From: Verrucomicrobiota bacterium
GTDB lineage: Bacteria > Verrucomicrobiota > Lentisphaeria > Lentisphaerales > Lentisphaeraceae
Assembly: GCA_039798785.1 (NCBI GenBank)
Contig: JBDKFG010000030.1
Span: 1-54,161, forward strand
DNA: 54,161 bases
Direction of reading: 5' to 3'
The translations under genes were made by a program, and so were the position numbers. Every line of letters begins with the position of its first letter. Positions within the stretch are counted from its first letter, which is position 1. The notes under the pieces are model-generated. The model saw only the letters and a program-made list of their open reading frames with translations. It was not told where the DNA came from and did not search any database. This document shows, in pieces, positions 48,310 through 54,161 of the stretch.

Positions 48310-48597
48310 ATGTCCAAGACCAAGAAGATCACCCTCACGATCGGCGAGATCGAGCTCGAATTCAACGTCGGCCTGAAGGAGTACGAGGACTTCCAGAACG
48401 AGCTCGCCAGCGGCAAGGGCATCTCGGCCCCTGCCAAGAACCTCCTCCGCCGCACGGTCAAGGCCGAGCAGAAGGAGCAGCTCCTGGGGTTCTGCGAGGA
48501 CGGCCTCGCTTCTGAGATCGCCGGCACCGTGATCCAGGAGTTCCGGCCCAAGGTCGAGATCAGCGTAAAAAAGTCGACGAGCTCCTCGCCGGATTGA
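48310..48597 (+). CDS. Tail assembly chaperone
   Basis: APAKNLL.RTV..EQKE.L, P.VEISVKK; ends just past an A-AAA-AAG slippery site. Confidence 0.85.
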   Translation: MSKTKKITLTIGEIELEFNVGLKEYEDFQNELASGKGISAPAKNLLRRTVKAEQKEQLLGFCEDGLASEIAGTVIQEFRPKVEISVKKSTSSSPD

Positions 48598-48764
48598 GAA
48601 GCAACGAGCTCAGCCGCCGCCGCATCCTCTGCCGCAAGTGGTTCCCCCGGGAGCCGGTGAGTGAGCAGACGATGGCGGAGGCGATGTACCTCGAGGAGCT
48701 CCACTGGGAAGGAATGAAACAAGTCGTCGCGGCCGGGATCGCCCTGGCCCTTGAAGGGGAATAA
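48573..48764 (+). CDS. -1 frameshift extension of the tail chaperone (G-T type)
   Basis: Open -1 frame VDELLAGLRSNELSRRRILCRKWFP...VAAGIALALEGE ending 5 nt before the tape measure start. Confidence 0.75.
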   Translation, partial: VDELLAGLRSNELSRRRILCRKWFPREPVSEQTMAEAMYLEELHWEGMKQVVAAGIALALEGE

Positions 48765-48769
48765 ACGAG

Positions 48770-50743
48770 ATGAGCGCCACCGAGAAACTGAGCTTCATGG
48801 CCTCGCTGATCGACAAGGTCAGCGCGCCCGCTCGTGGCGTCATCGGCGAGCTGAAGAAGATGCAGGAACAGGCGGGCAAGGGGATCGAGTCGATCACCAA
48901 GGGAGCTGTCGGCATGGCCGGCGCCGGAGCCAGCCTCTACGCCATCGTCAGCCCCGCCCGCGAAGTCTCCAAGGCCCTGGGCGAGACCCGTTCTCTCGGC
49001 GTCGCCGAGGAGGAGCTGCAGGCCCTGGAGAAGAGCGCCCTGAACTTCTCCCGCAGCTACGGCGGCGCGGCGGCCGACTTCATCCGCTCCAGCTACGATA
49101 TCCAGTCGGCGATTAGCGGCCTGCGCAACGGCGAGCTGGCCAAGTTCACCGAAGCCGGCGCCATCCTCGCCAAGGGCACCAAGAGCGACGCCGCGACCAT
49201 CACCAGCTACATGGGCACCATGTACGGCATCTTCACCAAGGACGCCGAGAAGATGGGCAAGGCCGAGTGGGTGCAGCAGCTCACCGGCCAGACCGCTCTG
49301 GCCGTCCGCATGTTCAAGACCACCGGTGGCGGCATGGCCGAGGCCTTCTCGGCCTTGGGTTCCACGGCCCAGGCCGCCGGCATCGGCATGAATGAACAGA
49401 TCGGCATCCTCGGCACCCTGCAGGCGACCATGGGCGGCAGTGACGCCGCGACCAAGTACAAGGCCTTCCTGGCCGGCGTCGGCCAGGCGCAAGGGGAGCT
49501 GGGCATGCGCTTCACCGACAGCCACGGCAAGATGCTGCCGATGGTGACGATCCTGGAGAAGCTCAAGGGCCGCTTCGGCGACATCAGCAAGGTGGCCGAT
49601 AGCGACGCCCTCAAGAAGGCCTTCGGCAGCGACGAAGCCGTGGCGCTGATCAAGAACCTGATCGGCAAGACCGGCGACCTGAAAAGCAGCATCGGCCAGC
49701 TGGGCGCCGTGCAGGGCTTCGGCCCCGCCGTCGACATGGCGGATTCCATGGTCGACTCCTGGGACAAGCTCAGCGGCAGCGTCCAAGCGGCGCGGATCCA
49801 GTTCGGCCAGCTGATCGCGCCGATCCTGGCGCCGATGGTGGCGATGCTCAGCCGCGCCGTCTCGGCGACCTCGCTCTGGCTCGACGAGCACAAGACCCTG
49901 GGCCAGGTGCTCGGAGTCGTCACCCTCGCCGTCATCGGCATCACCGCCGCTGTCTCGGCCTTCGCCATCGGCGCCGGCGTGGCGCAGCTGGTGATGGTGG
50001 CCTGGACGGCAGCCGGCACCGCCTACACCGCGGTGCAGTGGGCGATCAACGCCGCCATGGCCGCCAACCCGGTGGGCCTGGTGGTGCTCGGTATCGTCGC
50101 CCTGATCGCCGCCATCGTTGCGGTGATCTCCCACTGGGGCAAGCTCAAGGCCTGGTTTACCGACAGCGCCCTTGGACGCGTCTTCCTGATCATCTTCTTC
50201 CCGATGATCCTGAGCCTCTACGCAGTCAAGTTCGCGGTCACAGTCGTCATCGGCATCTTCAAGCTTTGGTGGGAGCTCACCAAGGGCCTGTGGAACTGGT
50301 TCACCCAGACCTCGGTGGGGAAATTCCTGATCGAAGGATTCCTCACCCTCTGGGAAATCGTCAAGATGGTCTTCGGCGGCCTCAAGAGCTTGTGGGATGG
50401 CGTGGTGGCCGGCTTCTCCGGCGCCTTCGACTGGCTGCTCAAGAAGGGTGACGGCGTGCTGGCCTGGCTCGAAGGGATGATTCAGAAGCTCGGCAACATC
50501 CCCGGCTTCGGCGGGCTGAAGAACTTCACCTTCACCAACAGGACCGAAAGCCTTGCGGAAGCCGCGAAGCCGACGCCGCCTGCGACTCCCGCAAAGGCGA
50601 CGCTCCCAGCCGGCGGCCTGAAGAACTCGGTCAGCACCAACACCAAGATCGCCAACATGGGCGGCGTCGTCATCAACACCTCCGCCCCACCGAGCCGCGC
50701 CTGGCTCGAGGAAATGGCGCACCTGCAGACGGGGTTTAGCTGA
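48770..50743 (+). CDS. Tail tape measure protein
   Basis: LIDKVSAP, SSYDIQSAISGL, YMGTMYGIF, AFGSDEAV, NPVGLVV; Ala/Gly-rich. Confidence 0.93.
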   Translation: MSATEKLSFMASLIDKVSAPARGVIGELKKMQEQAGKGIESITKGAVGMAGAGASLYAIVSPAREVSKALGETRSLGVAEEELQALEKSALNFSRSYGGAAADFIRSSYDIQSAISGLRNGELAKFTEAGAILAKGTKSDAATITSYMGTMYGIFTKDAEKMGKAEWVQQLTGQTALAVRMFKTTGGGMAEAFSALGSTAQAAGIGMNEQIGILGTLQATMGGSDAATKYKAFLAGVGQAQGELGMRFTDSHGKMLPMVTILEKLKGRFGDISKVADSDALKKAFGSDEAVALIKNLIGKTGDLKSSIGQLGAVQGFGPAVDMADSMVDSWDKLSGSVQAARIQFGQLIAPILAPMVAMLSRAVSATSLWLDEHKTLGQVLGVVTLAVIGITAAVSAFAIGAGVAQLVMVAWTAAGTAYTAVQWAINAAMAANPVGLVVLGIVALIAAIVAVISHWGKLKAWFTDSALGRVFLIIFFPMILSLYAVKFAVTVVIGIFKLWWELTKGLWNWFTQTSVGKFLIEGFLTLWEIVKMVFGGLKSLWDGVVAGFSGAFDWLLKKGDGVLAWLEGMIQKLGNIPGFGGLKNFTFTNRTESLAEAAKPTPPATPAKATLPAGGLKNSVSTNTKIANMGGVVINTSAPPSRAWLEEMAHLQTGFS

Positions 50744-51072
50744 TGAGCACCTACTCCGACCTGCTGATCACCGGCGACGACCTCACCCTCGACGCCGACG
50801 GCCTGCCGCTGATGGTCACCGACCGCGACTGCATCGCCCAGGACATCCTCCACGCCATCCGCGAGAGCGGCTATCTGCCGCCCCTGGTGGCGGAGCGCAG
50901 CAGCGAGCGCCGGCGCCTCTGGCTGCAGCGCATCGTCCTCCTGGTCGAGGCCGACCGCCGCATCATCCCCGGAAGCGTCGACATCGAGCCCGCCGGCGAA
51001 CCCGGCGTCTGGAATCTCCTGGCCGACACCTACGAGTTCGGCCGCCTCACCATCAACGCTTCGGTTTCTTGA
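50743..51072 (+). CDS. Baseplate wedge protein (DUF2590 family)
   Basis: DLLIT..D.TLD..G.P....R.CIAQDI.HAI.ESG, LVAERS, VE.D.R..PG, TYEFG. Confidence 0.85.
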   Translation: MSTYSDLLITGDDLTLDADGLPLMVTDRDCIAQDILHAIRESGYLPPLVAERSSERRRLWLQRIVLLVEADRRIIPGSVDIEPAGEPGVWNLLADTYEFGRLTINASVS

Positions 51073-51081
51073 GGTATCCCC

Positions 51082-52287
51082 ATGGCTGAAATTCTCGACC
51101 TGAACAACCTGAGCCCGGCGGAAACGGAGATCCGGGACGCCCTCACCGAAGCCGGCCTGCCGACTTCCGAGGCGGCACTGCAGGCTGAATTCACCACCCT
51201 GGCGGCGAGCTCCGGCATCGCCGTCGCCAACACCTCGGACTACTCGCCCTTCTGGCGGGCGGTGAAGGCGATGAGCATCAAGCCGGCCATCTGGTGCGTC
51301 GCCTTCCTGATCCGTCGCATCGTCCCCAACCTCTACGTCAAGACTGCCGCCGGCTGGTGGCTGGACGCCCTGGCCTATTCCTACGGGGTGGAGCGCAAGG
51401 CTGCGGCCGCCGCAAAAGGTTCGCTCACCTTCACCCGCACCGACACCTCCGGCGCCCTGGCCATCCCGGCCGGGACGCGGGTGCGCAGCGCCGCGATCAA
51501 TGGTGTGGTCCGCAAGCTGAAGACCGACGCCGAGGCGGTGATGGGGATCGGCGTCAGCACCCTGCAGGTGGCCTGCACCGCCGAGGGCGCCGGCGCCGCC
51601 TGGAACCTGGGCACCGGCTACTACGCCATCTTCGAGGACATCGTCCCGGGAGTGCAGACGGTCACCAACGCGGCCGACTGGCTGGGCACGCCCGGCGCCG
51701 ACGAAGAAACGGATGAGGAGCTGCGCCTGCGGGTGCGCAACCAGTTCGCCGCCGTCGGGGCCTGGCACACCGACGCCAAGTACAAGAGCATCATCACCGA
51801 GCGCAGCGGCATCCGGGTCGACCGGATCTACTTCGACCACGCCATTCCCCGCGGCCCGGGCTCGGCCGACGCTTACATCGTCTTCGACGCCGGCACCACG
51901 CCGACGGCGATCCTGGCGGACCTGAACACCGCGATCACCACCGACGGCAACCACGGCCACGGCGATGACCTGCAGGTCAAGGCCATGCCGACGACCAACT
52001 ACACCCTGACCGTCACCGCCTACCTCGACACCTCGGTGCAGGGCGCGGCCCGCACGCAGATGCTGACCGACATCGGTAACTTCATCCGCTGCGCCTTCCG
52101 CGAGAACAGCGGCTACGACGGCAAGGTCACCAAGGTCCTGCCCTACTCCCGTTTCTCGTTCTCGCTGCTCGCCAAGGAGCTGCACGCCGAGTTCCCCAAG
52201 ATCCTCAGCCTGGTCTGGGGGCAAGGCGACATCGTCAGCACCCTGTCGGTGCCCCGCATCAACACCCTGACCGTGACAGGAGGCTGA
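51082..52287 (+). CDS. Baseplate J/gp47-family protein
   Basis: SPFWR, ERK.A..A.G...F.R, PGADEETDEELR.R.RNQF, PRGPGSA, RFSFS.L..ELH. Confidence 0.92.
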   Translation: MAEILDLNNLSPAETEIRDALTEAGLPTSEAALQAEFTTLAASSGIAVANTSDYSPFWRAVKAMSIKPAIWCVAFLIRRIVPNLYVKTAAGWWLDALAYSYGVERKAAAAAKGSLTFTRTDTSGALAIPAGTRVRSAAINGVVRKLKTDAEAVMGIGVSTLQVACTAEGAGAAWNLGTGYYAIFEDIVPGVQTVTNAADWLGTPGADEETDEELRLRVRNQFAAVGAWHTDAKYKSIITERSGIRVDRIYFDHAIPRGPGSADAYIVFDAGTTPTAILADLNTAITTDGNHGHGDDLQVKAMPTTNYTLTVTAYLDTSVQGAARTQMLTDIGNFIRCAFRENSGYDGKVTKVLPYSRFSFSLLAKELHAEFPKILSLVWGQGDIVSTLSVPRINTLTVTGG

Positions 52288-52288
52288 G

Positions 52289-52849
52289 ATGGGCGCCCCG
52301 AACATCTTGGGCAAGCCGGTCACCGAGCGCGAAGCCGTCGCCCTGCCTTTCTGGGAAGGGGCGGGGGAGTTCGCCAAGATCGGCAATCTCTGCCACGCCT
52401 GGTGGAACATGGTGCAGGGCTGGCTTGAGGCGCTGCCGCTGCAGCAGGACGCTGCCACGGCGCCGCTGCTCCTGGTCGACCTGATGGCCTGGCAGCGCGA
52501 CATCAACCGCCTCGCCGGCGAGCCAGAGAGCCTGTATCGCCTGAGGGTGGTGCATGCCCTGGCCAACGCCCAGGACGCTGGCAGCAAGGCCGGCTTCGAG
52601 CGCATCTGGCAGCGCCTGCAGATCGGCTACATCGGCCAGCTGGAGCGCAACGACGCCACCAACTGGGACGTGATCCAGCTCGAGGTCAGCGACGGCGCGA
52701 TCAGCCAGAACGGCGCCCTGATGGACGAGATCATCCGCCAGTTCGGCCGCACCTGCCGGCGCTACACCTACACCACCGTCGCCCCCCGCGGCCTGGTGCT
52801 GCGAGTCTTCATCTTCGACAACGACACCGAATTCATGGTGGCCACATGA
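52289..52849 (+). CDS. Phage tail protein I-like
   Basis: LPFW, L.AWQRDI.R..GEP..LYRLRV..A..NA.DAGS.AG...I..RL, GRTCRRY. Confidence 0.88.
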   Translation: MGAPNILGKPVTEREAVALPFWEGAGEFAKIGNLCHAWWNMVQGWLEALPLQQDAATAPLLLVDLMAWQRDINRLAGEPESLYRLRVVHALANAQDAGSKAGFERIWQRLQIGYIGQLERNDATNWDVIQLEVSDGAISQNGALMDEIIRQFGRTCRRYTYTTVAPRGLVLRVFIFDNDTEFMVAT

Positions 52850-53235
52850 TCCCGCTCGGCACCGACATCCTGCTCTCCATCCCCATGGGCCTCGAGGAGG
52901 GCGACAGCCTGGACAACTACCCCGGCATCTCGGCCTACCTGTTTTTCAGCTACGGCTCGCAGCGCCGTGTCATCGCCGCCTTTGCGCTGGACGCAAGCGA
53001 CCCGCGCCTTGAGCAGTGGCAGACCTATCTGCCCCTGACCAGCTACGACACCGGCACCGAAACAGGGATCGAGCTGCACCTGCCCGGCTCCGCCAGCCTC
53101 GGCAAGAACTGGTGGGTGGGCAAGGGACTGCAGCTCGAGATCACCATGGCCGACGCCGGCGGCGAGGTGCAGACTCTCGACCCGATCACCCTGGACGAGC
53201 GCTTCGGCCTCACCGCCAAGAAGGGGGCACTCTGA
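52846..53235 (+). CDS. Hypothetical tail-associated protein
   Basis: ATGA-coupled to the tail I gene; 1-nt overlap with the fibre gene. Confidence 0.65.
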   Translation: MIPLGTDILLSIPMGLEEGDSLDNYPGISAYLFFSYGSQRRVIAAFALDASDPRLEQWQTYLPLTSYDTGTETGIELHLPGSASLGKNWWVGKGLQLEITMADAGGEVQTLDPITLDERFGLTAKKGAL

Positions 53236-54161
53236 TGGCCAGGAAAATCACCGTCCTCGGCACCCGCATCGGCGCCGCTCAGCCGTCCCCGGCCGCTCCA
53301 GTGGTCAACCTGAAGCGCGGGGCGATCGGCCCCGCTGGCGCTGCCTTCACGATCCGGAACACCACGGTCAGCACCTTGGCGCCCGGCGCGGCCGCCACCG
53401 TCACGGCGACCCCGACCGGCACGCCCGGTCAGTTCGATCTCGCCGTGGGCCTGCCCAAGGGCGAGACCGGCCTCAAGGGGGACACCGGCAACACCGGCGC
53501 GACCGGCGCCGCCTTCAGCATCCGCAACACCACGGTCAGCACCTTGGCGCCCGGCGCAGCGGCCACGGTCACGGCGACGCCGACGGGGACGCCCGGCCAG
53601 TTCGATCTTGCCGTGGGCCTGCCCAAGGGCGACACCGGCCTCAAGGGGGACACCGGCAACACCGGCGCGACCGGCGCCGCCTTCAGCATCCGCAACACCA
53701 CGGTCAGCACTGTGGCGCCCGGCGCAGACGCGACCGTCACAGCAACCCCGACGGGGACGCCCGGCCAGTTCGATCTTGCCGTGGGCCTGCCCAAGGGCGA
53801 CCAGGGCAACACCGGCGCGACCGGTGCGGCCTTCACCATCCGCAATGTCTCGGTCAGCACCCTGGCGCCTGGCGCGGCCGCGACCGTCACGGCCACCCCG
53901 ACCGGCACGCCCGGCCAGTTCGATCTCGCCGTGGGCCTGCCCAAGGGCGACCAGGGGAACCCCGGCGCCACTGGCGCGGCCGGCACCAACGGGACGAACG
54001 GCACCAATGGTAAGACGGTGCTGACCACCTCCGGCGCCCCTTCCGCCGGCGCCGGCACCGACGGCGACTTCGCCTACGACCCCACCGCCAAGATCATGTA
54101 CGGCCCCAAGGCGTCCGGCGCCTGGCCTGCAGGTGTCTCGCTCCAGGGGCCGCAGGGCACG
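53235..54161 (+). CDS. Collagen-like repeat tail fibre protein (partial, runs off the window)
   Basis: ATG 53235, frame open to the end of the window; MARKITVLG..., Gly-X-Y runs, G.P....G.DGDF..D motif. Confidence 0.8.
   Translation, partial: MARKITVLGTRIGAAQPSPAAPVVNLKRGAIGPAGAAFTIRNTTVSTLAPGAAATVTATPTGTPGQFDLAVGLPKGETGLKGDTGNTGATGAAFSIRNTTVSTLAPGAAATVTATPTGTPGQFDLAVGLPKGDTGLKGDTGNTGATGAAFSIRNTTVSTVAPGADATVTATPTGTPGQFDLAVGLPKGDQGNTGATGAAFTIRNVSVSTLAPGAAATVTATPTGTPGQFDLAVGLPKGDQGNPGATGAAGTNGTNGTNGKTVLTTSGAPSAGAGTDGDFAYDPTAKIMYGPKASGAWPAGVSLQGPQGT
53343..53975 (+). repeat. Four tandem coding repeats
   Basis: Units start at 53343, 53511, 53679 and 53829 (spacing 168, 168, 150 bp), each encoding AF.IRN..VST.APGA.ATVTATPTGTPGQFDLAVGLPKG plus Gly-X-Y. 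Confidence 0.95.

Larger units (their letters stand above)
25724..54161. mobile_element. HP1/P2-like prophage (right end outside the window)
   Basis: Integrase-repressor-cII-primase-ogr-P/O/N/M/L-R/S-sheath-tube-chaperone-tape measure-baseplate-fibre synteny. Confidence 0.93.

Noticed and set aside
53343..53975. CRISPR array or DGR template/variable repeat
   Set aside because: The repeats are in-frame coding units without unique spacers; differences are not adenine-specific and no cas or RT gene is present

Overview
The window has two adjacent accessory modules. (1) Positions ~1-25.7 kb are a defence island. It carries a DNA phosphorothioation locus (dndA divergent from dndB-C-orf-D-orf-E) and a PbeABCD-like effector operon extended by an HNH-like gene and a second DGQHR gene. 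These are followed by an AAA-ATPase/RloB pair, a Schlafen(AlbA_2)-like protein with a duplicated HigA-like N-terminus, and a three-gene ATPase/HNH/coiled-coil operon. A DHFR-fold gene lacking its catalytic residue precedes the Pbe-like operon. The island ends at what looks like a displaced tmRNA/tRNA-Ala 3' fragment plus terminator (~25,671-25,723). (2) Positions ~25.8 kb to the end are an HP1/P2-like prophage: integrase, immunity region, TOPRIM primase-helicase, two DNA methyltransferases, an AT-rich moron cassette, an ogr-like activator, terminase, head genes, contractile tail genes and a repeat-rich fibre that runs off the window. The portal gene and the lysis cassette are both absent from their canonical positions. 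All family assignments come from motif recognition and gene order by eye; no database search was run and the host cannot be determined.
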